From: Phenylobacterium sp.
GTDB lineage: Bacteria; Pseudomonadota; Alphaproteobacteria; Caulobacterales; Caulobacteraceae
Direction of reading: 5' to 3'
Length of the DNA stretch: 64,000 nt
Assembly (NCBI RefSeq): GCF_965284355.1
Contig: NZ_OZ260078.1
Span: forward strand, 1,199,111-1,263,110
The position numbers and the translations under genes were made by a program. A model generated the notes under the pieces. That model had not been told where the DNA came from. It made no database searches and saw only the letters and a list, made by a program, of their open reading frames with translations. Shown piece by piece: positions 34,533-42,661 of the stretch (position 1 is its first letter; every line of letters begins with the position of its first letter).

Positions 34533-35987
34533 TCAGGCGCGCAGAAGGCGGATCGCAGCCTCGCGCTGCGGGTCCGACTTTAGCGCAAGATCGGCCGCGC
34601 GGGTGGGTACGAGATGATCCGGCGCGATCCCTTCGTCGGGCTGGGGCGTGACGGGGAAGGTGGCCACCAGCGGCAGGTCCAGCGCGAAGCCGCACTGCGG
34701 GAGGCGCAGGAAGAAGAAGGCGCCGCCGTTGATGCCGCGGCGGCTGCCGCCCGTGGGCTCGCCGACCAGCCGGCCCAGGCGGTGGGTCTTCACGGTCTGG
34801 GCGAACTGGAAGGTGGCCGAACTGTTGGTCGCGTCGATGATGGCGATGAGCCGGCCGTCGTAGCGGGCGCCGCGCGGGCGGATCGTGGAACCGCGCGGAT
34901 CATCGTCCCACCGGGTGAGCCGGTAGAAGCCCTTCGCGTCGGCGCCCACCGCCTGGTCGCCCCAGTTGCGGAAGCTGCGGTCCCAGGTGGTCAGGAACGG
35001 GTCGAGCTCGGCGGGGGTGCGACGATAGCGGACGAAGCGCTGGGCGTCGGCGCGGACGAGCTCGCGGTCGACCAGCCGCTCCAGCAGGTGATCGCCGCAC
35101 TCGGTGCCGCCGGCGTTGCCGCGGAGGTCGAGGATGATCCCCGGCGCCCGCTCGGCGATGGCCGCGTCGACCTCCCGGTCGAGCCAGGCGCGCCAGTCCC
35201 AGCGGCTGTTGTAGACGGCCCAGGTGGGCATGGTGATCAGGCGCGAGCGGTCGGGCAGCACCTGCGACGTCCAGACCGGGCCCTCGCGCGGGACGAACTC
35301 GGCCGAGCCGCGCTGGGCCAGGCGCTCGGCGCGGGTCAGGAGGTCGGCCGCGACCTCGCGCAACCGCCCGGCGCCGGTTCGCACGGTCAGGGCGACGCGG
35401 CCCTCGGCGAAGAGCCCGGGCGCGAGGCGCGGCAGGGCGGCGTCGGGCAGCGGCCACAGCTCCCGACGGTCGAGTTCGGCGAGGCGCATGCGCTTGCCGT
35501 CCGCGCCCCCATCGGCCGCGGCCAGGGCCATGAGGGCCGGCAGCAGACCTTTCGTGGCCTGGCCGCCGATCGCCACGACCTCGTCACCCGGATGCAGGCC
35601 GCGCACCGGGCCCGCGTCGCTCACGATCATGCGGCCGCCCAGCCATCGCCAGGTGAACGGCAGGCGGTCGCGGCCGGACTGGAAGAACGCCTCCCCCGCC
35701 CCCTCCTGGTTGTTCGGGTTGACGAAGGTGTGGCCGCAGCGGAGCCCGGCGGTGAAGGTGGTGAGCGCGAGCCACTGGGCGCCCGGATCGCGCGCCGCCG
35801 GCAGGTCGCGGTGCAGGCGGACGAAGCGGGCGGCGAGCTGGCGTTCGCTGTTGTATCGCAGCAGTCCGGGATGCAGCGCGCGGAACGCGGCCTCCACGAT
35901 CTGGGCGTCGGTCAGCGCCGCGGCGCGGGCGGGTTGGGCGGCCAGGGCCGCGAGGGTCGCCAGGACGGCGCGTCGGGAGAACGTCAT
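34533..35987 (-). CDS. S41-family (tail-specific-protease-like) peptidase
   Basis: 484 aa with a Tat-like signal (RRAVLATLAALAA), a PDZ-like segment and the S41 motif ILDLRGNAGGT. Confidence 0.78.
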   Translation of the reverse strand: MTFSRRAVLATLAALAAQPARAAALTDAQIVEAAFRALHPGLLRYNSERQLAARFVRLHRDLPAARDPGAQWLALTTFTAGLRCGHTFVNPNNQEGAGEAFFQSGRDRLPFTWRWLGGRMIVSDAGPVRGLHPGDEVVAIGGQATKGLLPALMALAAADGGADGKRMRLAELDRRELWPLPDAALPRLAPGLFAEGRVALTVRTGAGRLREVAADLLTRAERLAQRGSAEFVPREGPVWTSQVLPDRSRLITMPTWAVYNSRWDWRAWLDREVDAAIAERAPGIILDLRGNAGGTECGDHLLERLVDRELVRADAQRFVRYRRTPAELDPFLTTWDRSFRNWGDQAVGADAKGFYRLTRWDDDPRGSTIRPRGARYDGRLIAIIDATNSSATFQFAQTVKTHRLGRLVGEPTGGSRRGINGGAFFFLRLPQCGFALDLPLVATFPVTPQPDEGIAPDHLVPTRAADLALKSDPQREAAIRLLRA

Positions 35988-36006
35988 AGGGACAAGCTGC
36001 CTGGGC

Positions 36007-37149
36007 TCAGGCCGGATCGCGCCTCACTTCCGGGGTTTCGGACGCAAATTTCGGTTCTGAGCCGCGGCGGCGGGCGGCCGATGGGGCTTCGCCATAGGCG
36101 GCCAGGTAGGCGCGGTTGAAGCTGGCCTTGGAGTTGAAGCCGGCCTCGAACGCGAGATCGAGCAGCGGGCGGCGATCGCCGGCGGCCAGGGCGTCGTGCA
36201 CGGCGCGGGCGCGCAGGCCGTTGATGAAGGCGGCGAAGTTCTGGCCCAGCCCCTCGTTCAGGGCGCGCGAGACATAGTGGGTGTTGGCGCCCAGCCGCGC
36301 GGCCAGGTCGGCCAGGGTGAGGTCGGGCTCGCGCCACCAGCCGGCCGCCTCGATCCGGGCGGCCCAGGCCTGCGCGGTCTCACGCCAGTCGCGGGGCGCG
36401 CGCTGAGCAAGCGGCTCGGCCGGCGAAAGGATCGGCCGGCGCAGGCTCGCATGACGCCAGCCCTCGATCGCCAGGTAGAGCGCCAGGGCGGCGATCACCA
36501 GGTAGAGGCCCAGCCGCTGGAAGTAGCTGAGCCGGCCCAGCCCGATCTCCCACAACTGGAAGCCGGCCCAGGCGGCGAGCGTGATCGTGAGCGCGATAAG
36601 GGCCCGGGTCAGCCAGCCCAGGGTGAAGCGCGCCTCGTCGGTGACCACGTCGCCCAGGCGGGCGCGGTAGCGACGCAGGCTGGCGGCCGACGCCAGCGCG
36701 TAGACCGACAGGCTGACGGGGGCCGCGGCCGCCAGGACGGGGGCGATGACCGTGTCGGGTCCGTCGGCCCAGGCGAACTTCTGCGCCGGCGGAAGCGCGA
36801 AGCAGACGGCGCTGTAGGCGAACTGAGCGGCCGCCGGCGCCAGGTGGATCGCCAGCGAAGGCCGCAGGGGCTGATCGGTCCACGCGCGGACATAGGCGAA
36901 AGCCAGCGGCCCCACCGCCAGCGGCGCCGCGAAGGGCGCGAAGGTGAGCCACGGCCAGGCGTCGTAGAACCCCGCGAAGCCGATCGTATAGGGCGTCAGC
37001 ATGCCGACCAGCACGACGATCAGCGCGGCGAGACAGCGGTTGGCGGGCTGGTTGCGCGGGGTGGACGCCAGCGCGACAGCCAGCAGCAGAACCTGCACGC
37101 TCACCAACGCCAGCACCGCCGTGCGCCATCCGAAAACCAGCATCCCCAC
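36007..37149 (-). CDS. Membrane-anchored AraC-family transcriptional regulator
   Basis: The N-terminal roughly 230 aa are polytopic membrane segments. The C-terminus is an AraC HTH (LADLAARLGANTHYVSRALN...AFEAGFNSKASFNRAY). Confidence 0.8.
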   Translation of the reverse strand: MGMLVFGWRTAVLALVSVQVLLLAVALASTPRNQPANRCLAALIVVLVGMLTPYTIGFAGFYDAWPWLTFAPFAAPLAVGPLAFAYVRAWTDQPLRPSLAIHLAPAAAQFAYSAVCFALPPAQKFAWADGPDTVIAPVLAAAAPVSLSVYALASAASLRRYRARLGDVVTDEARFTLGWLTRALIALTITLAAWAGFQLWEIGLGRLSYFQRLGLYLVIAALALYLAIEGWRHASLRRPILSPAEPLAQRAPRDWRETAQAWAARIEAAGWWREPDLTLADLAARLGANTHYVSRALNEGLGQNFAAFINGLRARAVHDALAAGDRRPLLDLAFEAGFNSKASFNRAYLAAYGEAPSAARRRGSEPKFASETPEVRRDPA

Positions 37150-37252
37150 CGTCCGGCCTGAGTCCCGGCCTTGAGACTAGCGTGTTCGCGGCGTCCAGGG
37201 GTCAGCCAGAGCGCAGGCGAAGTGCGCCACCCCTGATTGTATTGCTTCGCAG

Positions 37253-37777
37253 ATGCCCGCGATCATGATTGACTGGCGTGTGCGGAGCGCCATCCGCGTT
37301 GGGATTCGTCACGGCATGGGTTGGTCGAGTTCAGAGTGGGCGTCGAGCCATGAGCCGCCCGGCGGCCCGGGTCCCGGCGCGAAGGGTTGGCGGGCGCGCG
37401 GCGCGGACCTGCTGGTCAACGCGCGGATCCTGGTGGTCGAGGACGAAATCCTGGTGGCGGCGCTTCTGGAGGATCGGCTCGAGGCGCTGGGGTGCCGGGT
37501 CGTCGGTCCGGCGACGGCGGTGGCCGACGCTCTGGAACTGCTGAAGACCGAGGAGATCGACGCCGCGGTGCTGGACGTCAACATCGGCGGGGAGAAGGTG
37601 TTTCCGGTCGCCGATGTGCTGGCCGCCCGCAACATCCCCTTCCTGTTCGCCACCGCCTATGGATCGGCCGGCGTCGCCGAGCCCCACAACCGCCGCGACG
37701 TTCTGGACAAGCCGTACCAGGCGCGCGCGCTGGAGCACGCCCTGCGCTCGGCCCTGCAGAGCCGACATCGGCATTAG
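37253..37777 (+). CDS. Single-domain response regulator (receiver only)
   Basis: Receiver core ILVVEDE...AAVLDVNIGG...LFATAY...KP. The start is uncertain (ATG at 37253, 37265 or 37316). Confidence 0.72.
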   Translation: MPAIMIDWRVRSAIRVGIRHGMGWSSSEWASSHEPPGGPGPGAKGWRARGADLLVNARILVVEDEILVAALLEDRLEALGCRVVGPATAVADALELLKTEEIDAAVLDVNIGGEKVFPVADVLAARNIPFLFATAYGSAGVAEPHNRRDVLDKPYQARALEHALRSALQSRHRH

Positions 37778-37831
37778 GCAGGGCGGAGGCCATCGATTTC
37801 CGAGACTTGGCCTGACCCCCTCCCGCTCTTG

Positions 37832-37963
37832 GAACGTCATGGCCGGCCTTGTGCCGGCCACCCAGAAGCACCGAGGACTCCAGGTTCGCAGGCGGCGCTG
37901 CCGCGAGCAGCCTTGAAGCGCCTGCGTGTCTGGGTGGCCGGCACAAGGCCGGCCATGACGTTC
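37832..37963. repeat. REP/MITE-like element: perfect 35-bp inverted repeat with a 62-bp spacer
   Basis: GAACGTCATGGCCGGCCTTGTGCCGGCCACCCAGA at 37832-37866 and its exact reverse complement at 37929-37963. Each arm holds an internal 8-bp hairpin TGGCCGGC-cttgt-GCCGGCCA. Confidence 0.8.
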
Positions 37964-38003
37964 AGTATTCTGGAGATTGAGGGGAGCGTGCTCTTACCGC
38001 GCC

Positions 38004-38480
38004 TTACAACCGCAGGGCCAGGAACACTGTCCCCGGCGGGGTGGGCGCGTAGTAGGCGGCGATCTCGGTGAATCCCATGGCGCGGTAAAGCGAGAGGGCG
38101 GCGGTCATGCCGGGCAGCGTGTCGAGGCGCAGCTCGTTGTAGCCGAGGGCGCGGGCGGAGTCGGCGATGGCGGCGGCCAGGGCCCGGCCGAGGCCCGAGC
38201 CGCGGGCCGCCGGGTCTAGGTAGAGCCGCTTCATCTCGCACACGCCGCCCTCCAGCGGCCGCAGCGCGACGCAGCCCAGGGGCGCGCCGTCGGGGCCCCG
38301 GGCCAGCAGGAGGGCACCCGCGGGCGGGGCGTACTTGCCGGGCAGTCCGGCGAGTTCGGACTCGAAGTCCTGGTAGTCGAGATCGACCGGCAGGCTCGCG
38401 GCGTAGGCGCGGAAGAGGTCGGCCACGCCGGCCAGGTCGGCTGGCCCCCGGGCGGGCTGGATGTCGAAGCGGGGCGCCAT
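38004..38480 (-). CDS. GNAT-family N-acetyltransferase
   Basis: Motifs RGSGLGRALAAAI and LYRAMGF. Start chosen at MAPRFDIQP. Confidence 0.8.
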   Translation of the reverse strand: MAPRFDIQPARGPADLAGVADLFRAYAASLPVDLDYQDFESELAGLPGKYAPPAGALLLARGPDGAPLGCVALRPLEGGVCEMKRLYLDPAARGSGLGRALAAAIADSARALGYNELRLDTLPGMTAALSLYRAMGFTEIAAYYAPTPPGTVFLALRL

Positions 38481-38565
38481 CGCAACCACTGAGCCCAGGG
38501 GGTCGCGCACCGCAAGCCCGTTGCGGGCCTTCCGTCGCAACACGCGCCTCCGCTAAGGTCATGCC

Positions 38566-39447
38566 ATGGGTAACGCGTTCCGTGACAAGCTTGAGCTGGC
38601 GCTGAAGGCGCTTTCGATCAGTCGGGGCCAGCTGGCGGCGGAGCTGGCGGTCGACAAGTCGGCCGTCGGGCGCTGGGTGACCGGGGCGGCGGTCCCTACC
38701 GGCCACAACCTGGTGCGGCTGACCGCGGCGGTGGCGCGGCGGGTCGAGGGGTTCACGGCCCTGGACTGGGATCGCGACGTGCACGATCTGGCGCAGCGGC
38801 TCGGGGCGGGCGACGCCGTGGCGCCGGCCCCCGCGGGCCTGCCGCTGGTGGTGCTGGACGAGGCGCGGGCCAACACCGTGGTGCGGGCGGCGGCCTATGA
38901 AGGCTTCTTCCGCTCGACCCGGCCCTATCTGCTGCAGCCGGGGCGGTTCATCCACGACCACGGCATGATCTGGCTGGACGCCGCGACGGGCCTGCTCGCG
39001 CTGCGGATCGGCTCGGGCGGCAGCTTCGCCGAGGGCTGGATGCTGCCGCTGCACAATCAGCTGTTCGCGATCGCCGCCGACGCGTCGGGCGGCGCCGTGC
39101 TGACCGGGCTGTTCAATGGCGTCTCAGCGCCCAAGGTCGACGTGGTGGACGGGCTGGTGCTGGGCCCCGCCCTGGACCCGGGCCGCACGCCCACCGCCTA
39201 TGCGATGGTGTTCGAGCGCATCGGCGAACTGACCGGCGACGCGGCGACCGACCACGCCACCTTCGAGCGCCTGGCGTCGCAGGACCCGCTGGCGCCCGAG
39301 GGGTCGGTGCCCGAGGCCATGGCCAGCCACCTGTTGCGCGACGTCGGGCCGGCGCAGGTCCCGCTGGGCGGCGACCTGCTGCTGCGCCTGCCGATCAGCC
39401 GATCGATGGCGCGGGGCGCGGCCTACCGCGAAGCTTCAAACTCCTGA
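38566..39447 (+). CDS. XRE-type helix-turn-helix protein with an uncharacterised C-terminal domain
   Basis: N-terminal HTH LSISRGQLAAELAVDKSAVGRWVTG. The roughly 220-aa C-terminal region has no motif I recognise. Confidence 0.55.
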   Translation: MGNAFRDKLELALKALSISRGQLAAELAVDKSAVGRWVTGAAVPTGHNLVRLTAAVARRVEGFTALDWDRDVHDLAQRLGAGDAVAPAPAGLPLVVLDEARANTVVRAAAYEGFFRSTRPYLLQPGRFIHDHGMIWLDAATGLLALRIGSGGSFAEGWMLPLHNQLFAIAADASGGAVLTGLFNGVSAPKVDVVDGLVLGPALDPGRTPTAYAMVFERIGELTGDAATDHATFERLASQDPLAPEGSVPEAMASHLLRDVGPAQVPLGGDLLLRLPISRSMARGAAYREASNS

Positions 39448-39684
39448 CGGGCGCCCCCGCGCATCGCGATGCATCGCGGTGCAGTCCGGCGCGCCTTCCC
39501 GCGACGCCGTGAGCGCGGTCTTCTGACGACAAGGTCCTTGGCCTCGGCGGCGTCAGATGCACGTCCGCGGCCATGGCGCCGGATCGCGGTCCCCCCGCGC
39601 CCCGAGCGGGGCGAGGCGCGGCCGCCGCCGAAGGACCCCGCCAGTGCATCCCGGGCCCGGCCGCCCCGGATGCGGGGTTGGGAT

Positions 39685-39714
39685 GGCGCGCCTCCCGGTG
39701 CAGGGAGGCGCGCC
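39685..39714. other. Perfect 12-bp stem hairpin in a long non-coding region
   Basis: GGCGCGCCTCCC-ggtgca-GGGAGGCGCGCC with no T-run following. Confidence 0.5.
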
Positions 39715-39819
39715 ACACCCATGCCCGCGTGGGCGAGCGCGCCGTATCGTCGCAGGCAGAGTTAACACGCCGACAACCGATGATGGCCCAGATACCCCCG
39801 GTCGAATATCGAGGGCCGC

Positions 39820-42636
39820 ATGGCGGGGAGGCTTCAGTCGATTTGGGGCTCTGAGGCGGCGCGTTTGTTCGCGCTCGCGCTGGGCGCCTTTGGACTGGCC
39901 GGCGCCTGTCTGGCCTTCATCGGCCCGGAAGACCATGTGGCCGCGATCTGGCCGGCGAACGCGCTGGCGCTTGCCGTCATCCTCCGATCGCCGCCGCGCC
40001 TCTGGGCTGCGTACGCCGCTGCGGCCGCCGCCGGGCTGATGGTCGCCAACCTGGCGGTCGGCGATTCCGCCGGTCAGGCCGTATTGCTGGCGGCCTGCAA
40101 CGGCGGCGAGATCCTGATCGCCGCAGCGCTGGCGAGCCGCCTCACCGCTCGCGACGTCGACGTGACCGAACCGCGCCAACTGCTGGCGCTGTGTTGCGTG
40201 GCGGCCGCCGCGCCTATCGTGCCGGCCCTGATGGCGACCGCGGTGCTGGGCGAGGCGAGCGTAGCCACCCTGATCCGCTGGTATCTGGCCAGCGCGCTGG
40301 GCCTGGCCGTGGTCACCCCGGCGCTCCTGGCGCTGGTCTCGGACGCAGGCTCACTCAAGGCCACGTTCCGGCGCAGGCGCAACTTCGCACCCCTGGCTAT
40401 GCTGGTCGCGGCCTGGGCGCTGGCCTTCGGTCAGGAGACCTTCCCGCTTTACTTCCTGCTGTTCCCGCCGCTGGTGTGGTGCGCGATGACCCTGCGCAGC
40501 GCCGGCAACGCGCTGGTGCTGCTGCTGACGGGGATCGTGGCCGTGACCGCCACTCTGACCGGCCACGGCATGGCCGGGCTGATCGACGAGGACATGCAGA
40601 CGAAGCTGGCGGTCCTGCAGGGGCTGCTGGCGACCATGACGTTTTCGACCCTGCCGCTGACCGCACTGCTGGCCCGGCAGCGCCGACTGAACGCCTCGCT
40701 GCGCGATGCGCTGGCCCAGGTGGGCAAGAGCGAGGAACGCTATCGCCTCCTGGCCGACAACGCCTCGGACATCGTGATCACGATCGATGACCGGGGCATC
40801 CTGACCTACGTGTCGCCGTCGATCCGGCAGCTGGGCCATGCGCCAGAGGACATGATCGGGCAGTCGCCGCTGCCCTACATCCACCCCGACGACCGCGAGG
40901 CTGTCGGCGCCCGGATGCGCGAGCGCCGGCTCAGCGGCGAGTTCACGGACGCGCCGCACCAGACCTACCGGATCCTGAAGAAGGACGGGGGCTTCACCTG
41001 GGTCGAAGGAAAGCCGTCGGTGATCCGCAACGCCCAGGGCGGGATCTCGGCGGTGATCTCGCAGCTTCGGGACGTCACCGCGCGGATGGAAGCGGAAGCG
41101 GCGCTGGCCGAGAGCGAGGCCCGCTACCGGATGCTGGCGGACCACTCGACCGACATCATCCTGAAGGTCGATGCCGCCGACACCATCCTCTATGTCTCGC
41201 CGTCCGTGAGCCGCTATGGCTACACCCCCGAGCAACTGATCGGCGTCTCCGGCTACTCCCTGGTGCACCCCGACGATCTGCCGACGGCCCAGGCCCGGAT
41301 CGCCGAGCTGTTTGGGGACGGCGTCGTCGACGCCACGCGGGACCGCGCCCACCGCATCCGGACCGCCAGCGGACACTACGTCTGGATGGAGGGCAATCCC
41401 TCGCTCGTCCCCAACGCCCAGGGCGAAGTCGAGGCGGTGATCTCGCAGATGCGCGACGTGAGCGTTCGCAAGGGACTGGAAGCCGAGCTGCTGGCGGCGC
41501 GGGACGAGGCGCAGGCGGTGGCGGCCACCAAGGCCGAGTTCATGGCCAACATGAGCCACGAGGTCCGCACGCCTTTGACCGCCGTGCTGGGGTTCACCGG
41601 CCTGCTGGCCAGTCGCGACGATCTGGCCGCGGACGCGCGTCGCCAAGTGGAGCGGATCGGCGCGGCGGGCCAGGCGATGCTGGCCATCGTCAACGACGTG
41701 CTGGACTTCTCGAAGCTGGAAGCGGGCCTGATGCCCGTGACGCCCCGGCCGACGGCGCCGCTGGAGGTGCTGGAAACGGCGCTGGCCCTATTCGAGCCAC
41801 AGGCCGAGGCCAAAGGGCTGCGGCTGTCGTTCGAAGCGTCGGATCTGCCGGCCCACGTCGGGATCGATCCCGACCGCACCCGTCAGGTGCTGCTCAACCT
41901 GATCGGCAACGCGGTGAAGTTCACCGACGACGGCGAGGTGGCCGTCAGCGCGATCTATGCCGACGGACGGCTGAAGGTGTCGGTTCGCGACAGCGGGGCG
42001 GGCATGACCGAGGCCCAGCAGGCCCGGCTGTTCCAGCGCTTCTCGCAGGTGGACGGCGACGCCGCGCGGGCCGGCGGCGGGACGGGCCTGGGCCTGGCCA
42101 TCTGTCGCGGCCTGGTGGAGGCCATGGGCGGCGAGATCGGATTGACCAGCGCCGTGGGCCAGGGCTCGACCTTCACGTTCGAGATTCCCGCGCCGGTCTG
42201 CGCGGCGGCCGCTGGGCCCGAGGAGGCCTCGCCGCTGGCCGGCGTGGCGGGGCTGCGGGTGCTGGTCGTCGACGACAATCCCACCAATCGCGAGCTGGCG
42301 CATGCGGTGATGGCCCAGTTCGGGGTCGAGGTGACCGACGCGTGCGACGGCGCCGAGGCGGTCGAGCTGGCGGCGCAGTGGCCCTATGACGTGATCCTGC
42401 TGGATATCCGCATGCCGGTGATGGACGGGCCCACGGCGGCGCGGCGCATCCGCGGCGAGCCGGGTCCGAACAGGGACACGCCGATCCTCGCCTTCTCGGC
42501 CGACCACCAGCTGGACGAGACGGTGTCCGGGCTGTTCGACGGCCACGTGCGCAAGCCGATGGAGGTGACGCCGCTGCTCGAGGCATTGGTCGAGGCGACG
42601 GCGTGGGAAGACGCGCTGTACGCGGCCGAGGGGTAG
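39820..42636 (+). CDS. MASE1-PAS-PAS hybrid sensor histidine kinase/response regulator
   Basis: 938 aa with an N-terminal polytopic MASE1-like domain, two PAS modules, H-box FMANMSHEVRTPLTAV, an HATPase region (GTGLGLAICRGLVEAMGG) and a C-terminal receiver (VLVVDDNPTNREL...LLDIRMPVMDG). Confidence 0.85.
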   Translation: MAGRLQSIWGSEAARLFALALGAFGLAGACLAFIGPEDHVAAIWPANALALAVILRSPPRLWAAYAAAAAAGLMVANLAVGDSAGQAVLLAACNGGEILIAAALASRLTARDVDVTEPRQLLALCCVAAAAPIVPALMATAVLGEASVATLIRWYLASALGLAVVTPALLALVSDAGSLKATFRRRRNFAPLAMLVAAWALAFGQETFPLYFLLFPPLVWCAMTLRSAGNALVLLLTGIVAVTATLTGHGMAGLIDEDMQTKLAVLQGLLATMTFSTLPLTALLARQRRLNASLRDALAQVGKSEERYRLLADNASDIVITIDDRGILTYVSPSIRQLGHAPEDMIGQSPLPYIHPDDREAVGARMRERRLSGEFTDAPHQTYRILKKDGGFTWVEGKPSVIRNAQGGISAVISQLRDVTARMEAEAALAESEARYRMLADHSTDIILKVDAADTILYVSPSVSRYGYTPEQLIGVSGYSLVHPDDLPTAQARIAELFGDGVVDATRDRAHRIRTASGHYVWMEGNPSLVPNAQGEVEAVISQMRDVSVRKGLEAELLAARDEAQAVAATKAEFMANMSHEVRTPLTAVLGFTGLLASRDDLAADARRQVERIGAAGQAMLAIVNDVLDFSKLEAGLMPVTPRPTAPLEVLETALALFEPQAEAKGLRLSFEASDLPAHVGIDPDRTRQVLLNLIGNAVKFTDDGEVAVSAIYADGRLKVSVRDSGAGMTEAQQARLFQRFSQVDGDAARAGGGTGLGLAICRGLVEAMGGEIGLTSAVGQGSTFTFEIPAPVCAAAAGPEEASPLAGVAGLRVLVVDDNPTNRELAHAVMAQFGVEVTDACDGAEAVELAAQWPYDVILLDIRMPVMDGPTAARRIRGEPGPNRDTPILAFSADHQLDETVSGLFDGHVRKPMEVTPLLEALVEATAWEDALYAAEG

Positions 42637-42661
42637 TCTCCCTTCCACGCCTGCGGCGCGG

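Noticed and set aside
38004-39447. GNAT plus HTH pair as a GNAT-toxin/antitoxin module
   Set aside because: The genes are divergent rather than co-directional. The HTH protein is 293 aa, far larger than RHH/DUF1778-type antitoxins, and the GNAT has an ordinary acetyltransferase layout. No support for a TA system.
39469-39765. 98-aa ORF in the long gap upstream of the MASE1 kinase
   Set aside because: It is extremely Arg/Pro-rich with no hydrophobic core or Shine-Dalgarno. It is typical non-coding GC-rich sequence read in frame.
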